From IMG/VR virus record IMGVR_UViG_3300025909_000005: a DNA stretch of 64,000 nt, one strand, 5' to 3'. This stretch comes from a virus (lineage: Duplodnaviria; Caudoviricetes). The translations under genes and the position numbers were made by a program. Under the pieces are notes generated by a model. The model did no database searches. It was not told where the DNA came from and saw nothing but the letters and a program-made list of their open reading frames with translations. Below are positions 25,907 to 33,485 of the stretch, one piece after another. Position 1 is the first letter of the stretch. Each line of letters begins with the position of its first letter.

Positions 25907-25995
25907 GTACGTGCTGTCCTAGGAGAGATAAGTGGATTGTAAATCCGCGGCATAAAAGTAAGTCTGAGTGGGTTCGAATCCCACCGCGTACACCA
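25907..25995 (+). tRNA. tRNA-Tyr(GTA), atypical D-arm
   Basis: loop TTGTAAA, long variable arm, CCA. Confidence 0.75.
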
Positions 25996-26004
25996 ACAGA
26001 ATTT

Positions 26005-26081
26005 GGGCTTGTAGTATTGGGGTTACGGCAGCGCCTTGCAAGTGCTGTGTCAGTGGGGTTCGATTCCCCCCAGGTCCACCA
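26005..26081 (+). tRNA. tRNA-Ala(TGC), atypical
   Basis: G3.U70, loop CTTGCAA, CCA. Confidence 0.75.
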
Positions 26082-26188
26082 AAATTCGCTGCGGCAACGG
26101 TCCTTCATGACGACTGCAGAGAAATGGAACATGAAGGCTGGTCGAACTACCTCCTTGCGAGACCTGCAAAATAAATCGTGGAGGTAAT

Positions 26189-26281
26189 GGAGATGTTAGC
26201 CGAGTTGGCCTAGCGGCAGCGGTCTTGAAAACCGAAGGTTCAGAAATGGACGTGTGAGTTCGAGTCTCACCATCTCCGCCA
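26189..26281 (+). tRNA. tRNA-Ser(TGA)
   Basis: loop CTTGAAA, long variable arm, G73, CCA. Confidence 0.9.
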
Positions 26282-26286
26282 TTGAG

Positions 26287-26492
26287 TTTGTTTTGATCTA
26301 AGTGTGGCTATTGGTTGCTGACAAAGTTCTGCGCTGTCTAGAGCAAGGGACCGAATCGGTGGCTGATATCGTGAAGTTCAAGTAGGGTTCGATTCCCAGC
26401 GGTTGAGGCCGTACAGGTGTCTTGCATGAATCGTTTGCCAGTCAGGAGCTAGACCTCCACCGATCCGTAACGGGCGCTTAGATCAAAACGAA
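26287..26492 (+). ncRNA. structured spacer RNA closed by an 18-bp stem
   Basis: TTTGTTTTGATCTAAGTG/CGCTTAGATCAAAACGAA; internal ATCGGTGG/CCACCGAT; T-loop-like GGGTTCGATTCCC. Confidence 0.55.
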
Positions 26493-26495
26493 TTT

Positions 26496-26571
26496 GGGGG
26501 ATTAGCTCAGCTGGGAGAGCGGCTGCTTTGCAAGCAGTAGGTCAACGGTTCGATCCCGTTATTCTCCACCA
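26496..26571 (+). tRNA. tRNA-Ala(TGC)
   Basis: canonical, G3.U70, CCA. Confidence 0.93.
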
Positions 26572-26655
26572 AAACAAGAAGGTTGTAGGTAGACGGTCTC
26601 TATGGCGCGTACCCGGAAGGGCAACGGCTACGAGTTGGAACCTTCACGAATAATT

Positions 26656-26732
26656 GTCGGGGTGGGAGAGTGGTCCATCCGAGGAGCTGCAACCTCCTAG
26701 ACGCATCGGTTCGATTCCGGCTCCCGACTCCA
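26656..26732 (+). tRNA. tRNA-Cys(GCA)
   Basis: loop CTGCAAC, U73, CCA. Confidence 0.85.
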
Positions 26733-26811
26733 AACATGCAACCGATCTGGCAGGCTTATCGGCAAAATATTCGCCTGTCAAACCTTTTTGTTGCACTTAC
26801 ACGAGACCTCG

Positions 26812-27207
26812 ATGATCTGCAAAGGCTGCGATAAGGAAACTTCGAATCTGAAATACTGTGACAATGCTTGTCAGCAAGTAGCTCAGACGAAGGCCAAAGT
26901 TGAAGCGTTCCTCGAAGGAAAATACGTCGGCAAATTCATGCAGTACGGGACCGGTTCCTGGCCGCGTAGAATGCTGATCGAACATTTTGGTTACAAGTGC
27001 AATGCGCCGGGTTGCACTGTCGCTGATACGTGGCTAGGAAAACCAGTCACGTTGGAAGTGAACCACATTGATGGCATTGCGACAAACAATGTCCTAACGA
27101 ATTTAGAATTCCTGTGCCCCACCTGTCACTCGCAGACGCCCAACTTTCGGGCTCTCAACAAGGTTTCAGTTAGAACGCACAGGAAGCCCCGAGCCCCTTT
27201 AGCATAG
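26812..27207 (+). CDS. HNH endonuclease inserted in the tRNA array
   Basis: LEVNHIDGIATNNVLTNLEFLCPTCHSQT; AT-richer than flanking genes; stop inside tRNA-Thr. Confidence 0.85.
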   Translation: MICKGCDKETSNLKYCDNACQQVAQTKAKVEAFLEGKYVGKFMQYGTGSWPRRMLIEHFGYKCNAPGCTVADTWLGKPVTLEVNHIDGIATNNVLTNLEFLCPTCHSQTPNFRALNKVSVRTHRKPRAPLA

Positions 27208-27267
27208 TGGCACTGCATCCGCCTTGTAAGCGGGAGATCGTCTGTTCGATTCAGACAAGGGGCACCA
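27193..27267 (+). tRNA. tRNA-Thr(TGT)
   Basis: loop CTTGTAA, CCA. Confidence 0.9.
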
Positions 27268-27275
27268 AGAATTTT

Positions 27276-27362
27276 GCGGTCGTGATGGAATTTGGTAGTC
27301 TTCACGCGTTGAGAACGCGTGGCTCTTAGAGCGTGCGGGTTCGACTCCCGCCTTCCGCACCA
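27276..27362 (+). tRNA. tRNA-Leu(GAG)
   Basis: loop TTGAGAA, long variable arm, CCA. Confidence 0.85.
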
Positions 27363-27368
27363 AGTTAT

Positions 27369-27447
27369 CTGTGTGTATTGTCAGTCTGGTTAGACGGCTG
27401 AGTTTGGAACTCGGAGGTCGCAGGTTCAAATCCTGCCACACAGACCA
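27369..27447 (+). tRNA. tRNA-Pro(TGG)
   Basis: loop TTTGGAA, C1-G72, A73. Confidence 0.85.
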
Positions 27448-27475
27448 AGTTATTGTGATACAATGAAAGTTCAAT

Positions 27476-27552
<77 letters not shown>

Positions 27553-27607
27553 TTCACCTACTCGCGTGAAGTAAACGCAGCTGACATCTTCAACAACGGA
27601 GTATGTC

Positions 27608-27889
27608 ATGCGAGTATCAGTGAAGCAAGTTGTTAACGTAGCATTCGCCCACCATGGCGCTCGTACGTTGTCTCCTGGCTGCCTTGGCGAAAATCCTTCG
27701 GGATGGACGATCACAGGTGAAGTGATGGAAGACTACGTTGAGTGGGTCAACTACTTCGAAGCAACGCATCCTACTCTCGGGTGGGTACGCGGCGACTACG
27801 AAGGAATTGTCGAAGCGAAGTCGAAGAAGGCGTACGCGCACTTCATTGAACACCACCCTCCACAAGAGTGGGACTACTGGGACATCTAA
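27608..27889 (+). CDS. hypothetical protein within the tRNA array
   Basis: RBS GGAG, 93 aa. Confidence 0.7.
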   Translation: MRVSVKQVVNVAFAHHGARTLSPGCLGENPSGWTITGEVMEDYVEWVNYFEATHPTLGWVRGDYEGIVEAKSKKAYAHFIEHHPPQEWDYWDI

Positions 27890-27958
27890 CGCCCTTCCTC
27901 TGCGTCATGAGGCTGCTTACCGCCAACGGGGAGAGCGTAAGTTAACAGTTGGATTTTA

Positions 27959-28034
27959 GCGGGCGTAATTCAGTTGGTAGAATGCTTCCTTGCCAAGGAA
28001 GTCGTCGTCGGTTCGAGTCCGATCACCCGCTCCA
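27959..28034 (+). tRNA. tRNA-Gly(GCC)
   Basis: loop TTGCCAA, U73, CCA. Confidence 0.92.
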
Positions 28035-28039
28035 AATTT

Positions 28040-28471
28040 ATGACACCAATCCAAGATTACATTCAGCTCCCACGAGAAACAAGACGTTCGCATCTTGATC
28101 TCACTGCTGAGTGCTCGAAGATCGGTGGAACGTCGAAGGAGTTCAAAGGGCTTCTTGCTTACCATCTTGGAACAACGATTCCATCTGGTCGTCAAGTTTT
28201 CCTCTGCCATGCATGCCATAATGGAGCTTGCTCCAATGTCAAGCACCTCTACTGGGGAACTCCAAAGGACAACTACATTGACTGTGTAGAAGATCGTGGA
28301 ACACTCCATGAAAGAAGTTTGAAAATTCACGGTCAAGAGTTTCTTGCAAAGCGCTACACGAGTGGAAGCTCAGCAGGCGGAAAGGGAAATTCTGGAAGAC
28401 CAAAATCCGAAGAGCACAAGCAAAAGATCGCTGAATCTCTGCGGAAGAAGAAAAATGCGGCTATGGTGTAG
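28040..28471 (+). CDS. HNH/His-Cys-type homing endonuclease with NUMOD3-like tail
   Basis: CHACHNGACSNVKHLYWGTPKDN; KSEEHKQKIAESL; stop inside the next tRNA. Confidence 0.8.
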   Translation: MTPIQDYIQLPRETRRSHLDLTAECSKIGGTSKEFKGLLAYHLGTTIPSGRQVFLCHACHNGACSNVKHLYWGTPKDNYIDCVEDRGTLHERSLKIHGQEFLAKRYTSGSSAGGKGNSGRPKSEEHKQKIAESLRKKKNAAMV

Positions 28472-28530
28472 TGGTAACCCATGACATTGCCAATGTTAAG
28501 ACGCGAGTTCGATTCTCGCTAGCCGCTCCA
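28457..28530 (+). tRNA. tRNA-Gly(GCC)
   Basis: loop TTGCCAA, U73, CCA. Confidence 0.88.
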
Positions 28531-28688
28531 AACACGTTCTGGTTTCGCTAATGAAGCGTAGTCAGATAGACAGACGATCCCGTGTAGTTCGTCTGCGACA
28601 TGCGCCAGCACGGTGGAAAAGTCCACAACTGTGGCCAGCGAGCATTGCTGATTACGAGTAGGGAGTGAAGCTCCGCGGCCCTACACAT

Positions 28689-28775
28689 GCGGGTGTGGTC
28701 CATAGGCGGGCACCAGCCTTCCAAGCTGGCAGTGCGCAAGCACGCAAGTGGGTTCGAGTCCCATCACCCGCTCCA
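28689..28775 (+). tRNA. tRNA-Gly(TCC) with long variable arm
   Basis: loop CTTCCAA, U73; V-arm GTGC-GCAA-GCAC. Confidence 0.8.
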
Positions 28776-28781
28776 AATTCT

Positions 28782-28867
28782 GGGTTCTGAGCAGCACTGG
28801 CGACTGCACCGGACTGTAAATCCGACGCCTTCGGGCATACTTGGTTCGACTCCAAGAGGACCCACCA
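28782..28867 (+). tRNA. tRNA-Tyr(GTA)
   Basis: loop CTGTAAA, long variable arm, CCA. Confidence 0.88.
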
Positions 28868-28872
28868 AATTT

Positions 28873-28947
28873 GCGGGAGTAGCTCAGTGAAAGAGCAGCC
28901 GGTGTATAACCGGACGGTCGTAGGTTCAAGTCCTACCTCCCGCACCA
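28873..28947 (+). tRNA. atypical tRNA, apparent anticodon TAT (Ile) with G33; D-loop lacks GG
   Basis: perfect acceptor and T arms; loop TGTATAA. Confidence 0.55.
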
Positions 28948-28949
28948 GG

Positions 28950-29230
28950 AATTTCAGAAGTACATGCCGCGGCGGAAGCACGACGGCTCCAAGAATTCCC
29001 ACGTGGCGGCGTGAATCCGCTAGTTTGTATAGTCTGTCACTTAACATGACTTTCGTCGCCATTACGTTACTGGTAGGCGTCAACTCAGGACCCCTGGCTT
29101 TCGACTCAAAATCGAAGGAGATACGAAGCTGCTGATGTCGGTGTTGTGAGAACCTTTTCGTTAGGGGAACTCTCTAGGTGCTTGAGCCAAATCTCTTGAA
29201 GTCGTGAGGGTGGAACCTGGCGCAGAAATT
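28950..29230 (+). ncRNA. about 280-nt structured spacer RNA, unknown
   Basis: non-coding; AATTTC/GAAATT ends, CATGACTT/AAGTCGTG, TGGCT/AGCCA stems. Confidence 0.4.
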
Positions 29231-29232
29231 TC

Positions 29233-29349
29233 GGGGACCTAGCTCAGTAGGTAGAGCACTGGATGAAAACGTTGCTGCATAGGTCGACCTTCAATGCACA
29301 ACGAAGTACGTACCGGCTGTCCGAGGTTCGAGCCCTCGGGTCCCCACCA
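29233..29349 (+). tRNA. tRNA-Phe-derived RNA with about 41-nt hairpin inserted in the anticodon loop
   Basis: perfect acceptor, D and T arms; GAGCA-CTGGA-TGAAAA, then insert CGTTG..CAACG, then ACCGG-CTGTC. Confidence 0.65.
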
Positions 29350-29354
29350 GAATT

Positions 29355-29493
29355 TGACAACCGATAGATTAGGATTATCATCCAAGCAGGTATACGTAGG
29401 TTCGAATCCTACACGGTGCGCAAGTGCCGTTCGACAAGTGGTAAAGTCACCCGCCTCGCCGCAAGGCATTTTCCTGTCGCTCCTTTGTTGTCA
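29355..29493 (+). ncRNA. circularly permuted tRNA-like module
   Basis: order: 3' anticodon strand, T-arm, 3' acceptor strand, GCAA loop, 5' acceptor strand, D-arm, 5' anticodon strand; outer TGACAAC/GTTGTCA stem. Confidence 0.65.
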
Positions 29494-29502
29494 CTTAGAT
29501 TT

Positions 29503-29588
29503 GCGGTTGTGATGGAATCTGGTAGTCTTCCTGTGCTCAGAACGCAGGGCCTTCGGGCGTGTGGGTTCGAATCCCACCTTCCGCACCA
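29503..29588 (+). tRNA. tRNA-Leu(CAG)
   Basis: loop CTCAGAA, long variable arm, CCA. Confidence 0.87.
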
Positions 29589-29593
29589 AACAA

Positions 29594-30001
29594 GTGTCCT
29601 ACTCTAGGATTAGTCATAGGAACGACCGGGAAATCATAACCGGATGTAAGCAAACCTATGGAGTGAGAGAGGAATGAGATTTTCCTCACGATTTAGCTCA
29701 CGTACCATGTGTACGAGGAGTATACGGCATCGTTCTGCGATGCTAGCCTATTTGATTGATGCCCTTAGCGGGGACAGTGTGGTGGCACGGATCGTTTTGC
29801 GGTAGTCACCTATGCATGAAGGTTCTTCCCAAGAGTAAGCAAACGTGAGGGGAGACGTCAATCACCAGTTGTCGTAACTGCAGCCTAAGGGTATGCAGTA
29901 CCGGCGCTTCGCCTGCCAATGGCTCCAGGTAGGGACGCACAGTGTGCCGAATCCGTTCAAGCCGGTTTGAGAATAAGGCTGCGTGCCGAATATAGGACCA
30001 C
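29594..30001 (+). ncRNA. about 410-nt structured RNA between tRNA-Leu and tRNA-Ser, unknown family
   Basis: closing GTGTCCTA/TAGGACCAC; several long-range pairings; no credible ORF. Confidence 0.5.
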
Positions 30002-30005
30002 AATT

Positions 30006-30097
30006 GGAGACATGGCAGAGAGGCCGATTGCGCCGGTTTGCTAAACCGGAGATCCACGAAAGTGGGTCCGTGGGTTCGAATCCCACTGTCTCCTCCA
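30006..30097 (+). tRNA. tRNA-Ser(GCT)
   Basis: loop TTGCTAA, long variable arm. Confidence 0.92.
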
Positions 30098-30104
30098 GAA
30101 TTTT

Positions 30105-30189
30105 GCACTCGTGGCGTAATTGGTAGCCGCGCTAGCTTGAGGTGCTAGAGGGGAAACCCGTGCTGGTTCGAGTCCAGTCGAGTGCACCA
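30105..30189 (+). tRNA. tRNA-Leu(GAG)
   Basis: loop TTGAGGT, long variable arm. Confidence 0.9.
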
Positions 30190-30317
30190 GAATGAACTCC
30201 CCTTCGAGGGAATCGCCGAACGTGGTAGGCGTAGAGCGCATGGCTAAGATCGATGATGCAGTGCGAGGCTAAGTAAAGACAACTCTTTCGGGTTATCAGA
30301 CCAAACCCGACCAACAT

Positions 30318-30409
30318 GGAGAAATGGCAGAGAGGCCGATTGCACAACCTTGGAAAGGTTGAGACCGGGTCAAACCGGTCCGTGGGTTCGAATCCCACTT
30401 TCTCCTCCA
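30318..30409 (+). tRNA. tRNA-Ser(GGA)
   Basis: loop TTGGAAA, long variable arm. Confidence 0.92.
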
Positions 30410-30525
30410 TGAAAGAAGACTGGCGTTCCATGCCCGGCCAAAAACCGTAATGCACATGAAAGTGTGGGGCTGTCAGGGAGAAATATGGTGGAAGTAAATC
30501 TCCTTCATCTTCATGAACAAGATTT

Positions 30526-30600
30526 CAGGGTGGGAGGCGTGTGGCAGCCGATGACGTCCGGAGCGTTGTAGTCAGGGTTCGACTCCCTGCACCCTGACCA
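30526..30600 (+). tRNA. tRNA-Pro(CGG), atypical loop (C33)
   Basis: C1-G72, A73, loop TCCGGAG. Confidence 0.65.
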
Positions 30601-30721
30601 GATTTACCTCGCGAGAGGGCTGCCCCTTGTCTACGGACCTGGGGACCAGCAAAGGAACAGCACATCGTGGTTTGCGGCTGTTCCCTTCACCAGCACAGGC
30701 TGGAGGAAGTCCACGAGATCA

Positions 30722-30797
30722 CGGTGCATGGAGTGAGAGGTTAACCGGCTGTGTAACATACAGTCTGATGTAGGTTCGAGTCCTACTGCACCGACCA
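30722..30797 (+). tRNA. atypical or pseudo tRNA (apparent loop GTAACAT)
   Basis: perfect acceptor and T-arm, weak D-arm. Confidence 0.5.
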
Positions 30798-30802
30798 ATT
30801 TC

Positions 30803-30885
30803 GTTTCGATAGCTCAAGGGACAGAGCACGTGGCCCAAGAGGTAGGTACGATGGAAAGCGGTTCGACTCCGCAACGAAACATCCA
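30803..30885 (+). pseudogene. degenerate tRNA-like gene
   Basis: D and T arms recognisable; anticodon arm irregular. Confidence 0.4.
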
Positions 30886-31051
30886 ATTTGAAGCGTTAGC
30901 ATGAGAGAATCCTGCATGCCTAATTGTCGTTTGTCCGAGGTCCGACTGGTTGTCGATGAACGATTACAGCGACGTGGATCGGCCGATCCTAGCTGTTTGT
31001 GACTACCTGGTTGTGGGGAGTAACGGTCCCACCGCTTCAATTCAATTTCAT

Positions 31052-31126
31052 GGGGGCAGCAATGGGTTGCGGTTCTCGCTGGCAGCGAGGATGTCTAGAC
31101 GAGTTCGATTCTCGCGGTCTCCACCA
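31052..31126 (+). tRNA. tRNA-Ala(GGC), atypical
   Basis: G3.U70, loop CTGGCAG, CCA. Confidence 0.7.
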
Positions 31127-31475
31127 GATTTGATCCAAGGCATTAGCCGCCCCTAGGCAAGTCCCAACGAAAGTTGAGGTGGAACGCAGTGTTGAAGCGT
31201 TGAGGATCGCCCGAACAAGTCACGGCTTGGAACTCCGCAGTGCGCCATGGAACTCTGCGTCGATAAGAGAAGGCAGTCGTGCACCAATTTGAGAGCTAGA
31301 TGCGGATACGGGACACCCACGTCGGAAAACCCTTCCACCGCCATGACAGAACGTAGACGAGCTAGTGGATGCAGCATGAAACCTCGTAGGCGTGGTTGCC
31401 GTAGAGGAAGTTCCCTGCTCTAGGCCAACCTACGCAGGCAATCACTGCTCTCAATGAACATGGTATAATGAACTC

Positions 31476-31691
31476 ATGATCCTCTGCAGCTGCGCGAACA
31501 TTCCTGAGAGCGTTGCTCGAGAGAAGCTTAAGACGCAAACGCTGTCTGAGTTCATGATCGAAACGAATTGCGCGATGCAGTGCGGCTCCTGCTGGCAGGA
31601 CCTCCTTGACATCGCAGATGAATACGACAACCGATCGACCAGGGTTATCTCCCATTCGACAACCCCTGGTCAACCTCCTTCGTTGTCATGA
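31476..31691 (+). CDS. bfd: bacterioferritin-associated ferredoxin-like [2Fe-2S] protein
   Basis: MILCSC...CAMQCGSC; own TGGTATAAT promoter. Confidence 0.7.
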   Translation: MILCSCANIPESVAREKLKTQTLSEFMIETNCAMQCGSCWQDLLDIADEYDNRSTRVISHSTTPGQPPSLS

Positions 31692-31695
31692 TTGC

Positions 31696-31772
31696 GCCCT
31701 TGTACGCTAATCGGCAGTGCGGCTCCCCTTAAAATGGAGTGGTTGTGGGCTCGAATCCCACCTTGGGCACCA
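31696..31772 (+). tRNA. tRNA-Leu(TAA), short variable loop
   Basis: loop CTTAAAA, A73, CCA. Confidence 0.78.
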
Positions 31773-31778
31773 ACCCTG

Positions 31779-31926
31779 TTGGCAAATGTTAGAGCAACCG
31801 CTTGATCTTGGATTATCTACTTTTATTGGTTAAAAACCCGGATACGTTCGACTCGTGTCATCCCTTTATGCCGGTGCACGGAAGGGAATTCTCCAAATCG
31901 CCTTTTGTTGCCCTAACATTTGCCAA
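31779..31926 (+). ncRNA. structured spacer RNA with perfect 14-bp closing stem and a T-arm module
   Basis: TTGGCAAATGTTAG/CTAACATTTGCCAA; GATACG-TTCGACT-CGTGTC. Confidence 0.5.
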
Positions 31927-31958
31927 TGATAAATAGTCCTCCAACAGGAGGACGATGA

Positions 31959-32303
31959 ATGTTGCTGAACGAACTGCTCGAGCTAAACGAAATGGCCGAG
32001 CTTGAAGAACTCTTCGAGAAGGAATGGTCTGACGCGGTGACGCACCGCAAGCCAGGCACCTTCGCCCCAAAGGGAACGCACTCCAAGTCCGCTGAAGAGA
32101 TCTTCAAGATCTACAAGCGACACAGGGTCTCTCCACATGGAGACGGCTCTGCAATTCAGATGCTGCAGTTCTTCATCAACCGTGCCGGAAAACGTCTGAA
32201 GCCGGAACGGAAACAGGAACTTGAGAAGGCCATTCGAATGCTTCAGGCGGACAACGCCAAGATGAAGGCAGAGAAGAAGGCCAAGGAAAAGAAGGACGAC
32301 TGA
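31959..32303 (+). CDS. DUF3175-like late protein
   Basis: KEWS...MLQFFINRAGKRL; late promoter. Confidence 0.65.
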   Translation: MLLNELLELNEMAELEELFEKEWSDAVTHRKPGTFAPKGTHSKSAEEIFKIYKRHRVSPHGDGSAIQMLQFFINRAGKRLKPERKQELEKAIRMLQADNAKMKAEKKAKEKKDD

Positions 32304-32307
32304 TTGT

Positions 32308-32381
32308 AGCGGGCGAGTGTGATGGTAGCACGTTGGGCTCATAACCCAGAGGGCCGGTTCGATTCCGAGGCGCCGCAACCA
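32308..32381 (+). tRNA. initiator-like tRNA-Met(CAT), irregular stems
   Basis: three G-C pairs closing loop CTCATAA, 1:72 mismatch. Confidence 0.65.
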
Positions 32382-32649
32382 AATCCGTAAGGATCGTGGA
32401 GATTCGCACATCTCCTAGTATAAAGTGGGCGGCTCGCGACCGCAATGACTCGGCTACCTGAGACTTCCTAACGGTGCTCATACGCGGCTAACAGAGTCCA
32501 CGACGGGTCCTAGCCCGTCACGAACAAATGGCATGCAGACGTGTATGCAAAGTCCCACGCCGGAACCAAGGACCTTCACAGGCACCAAAGACGGTGGGAA
32601 AAGGTGGGCGACGAACAGGGCAGAGCACCCTTCCTGTTTCACGAATTTA

Positions 32650-32728
32650 TGCGGAGGGCCGGCCAGCAGTCGGACGAGGTCTCATAAGCCACGGTAAAGA
32701 TGGGTGCGACTCCTAATCTCCGCTACCA
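32650..32728 (+). tRNA. tRNA with CAT anticodon (Met/fMet/Ile2), atypical
   Basis: loop CTCATAA, T-loop TGCGACT, U1.U72. Confidence 0.6.
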
Positions 32729-32745
32729 TAACTAGAAGGAAGCCC

Positions 32746-33075
32746 ATGAAGAAGATCCTCCTCGCGCTCAGTGCGCTCGTCTCCATTTCCGCCCTGGCTG
32801 CTCCTCAAGCTCCGGCCCCACAAGGAAGCTTTGAAACCCGCCCCGGCTGTATCTGGTCTCATGACGTTGCGCGATGCGCCGTGGACAATCACTCACGGGT
32901 AAACTTGAGCTGCACCGTGCATGTCTTCGGTCGCACCGAAAGGGGCTTCAAGATCGGCAACACACGCACCGTATCGGTTCCAGCCTTCAAGTACAACGAC
33001 GACGCTCGCCTCTATGCCGCTGAAGGCGACAAGCTCGTCAAGGTCGATGCAGAAGCAACCTGCTCGCCTGAATGA
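32746..33075 (+). CDS. small secreted protein
   Basis: signal peptide MKKILLALSALVSISALA, four Cys. Confidence 0.75.
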   Translation: MKKILLALSALVSISALAAPQAPAPQGSFETRPGCIWSHDVARCAVDNHSRVNLSCTVHVFGRTERGFKIGNTRTVSVPAFKYNDDARLYAAEGDKLVKVDAEATCSPE

Positions 33076-33084
33076 AAACGCGCG

Positions 33085-33157
33085 GTCTCGGTATCTTAAC
33101 TGGTAAAGACGCCTCCCTTATAAGGGGTAGATCTAGGTTCGAATCCTAGTCGAGACA
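33085..33157 (+). tRNA. tRNA-Ile(TAT), no encoded CCA
   Basis: loop CTTATAA, A73, canonical T-arm. Confidence 0.75.
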
Positions 33158-33168
33158 CACAGAACAAC

Positions 33169-33245
33169 GCGGGTGTGACGCAATTGGTAGACGTACTGGA
33201 TTTAGAATCCAGGTCCTGAGGGTTCGAGTCCCTCCACCCGTACCA
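33169..33245 (+). tRNA. tRNA-Leu(TAG), short variable loop
   Basis: loop TTTAGAA, CCA. Confidence 0.85.
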
Positions 33246-33250
33246 AACAT

Positions 33251-33340
33251 GGATTGTGCGGAGCATGGCGCTCAACTGCCCTCGAAAAGCAGCGTGTCGG
33301 TGATGAGCCGGCAGGGGTTCGATTCCTCCACTCTCCGCCA
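33251..33340 (+). tRNA. tRNA-Ser(CGA)
   Basis: loop CTCGAAA, long variable arm, G73. Confidence 0.8.
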
Positions 33341-33485
33341 AGATATGGAAGACGCGGCGTCGAAACCGCGTGGTAGTTCGGCCGAACGGTCCGGTAGCGG
33401 GTGGCCACCTGCGAAAGACTTAGAACCTGATTTGGCTCGCGGGGTTCGACTCCTCGCAGGTAAAACCAACTTCCATTTGAACTCT

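Noticed and set aside
29233-29349. Group I intron in a tRNA anticodon loop
   Set aside because: The insert is only about 41 nt and has no P3/P7 core.
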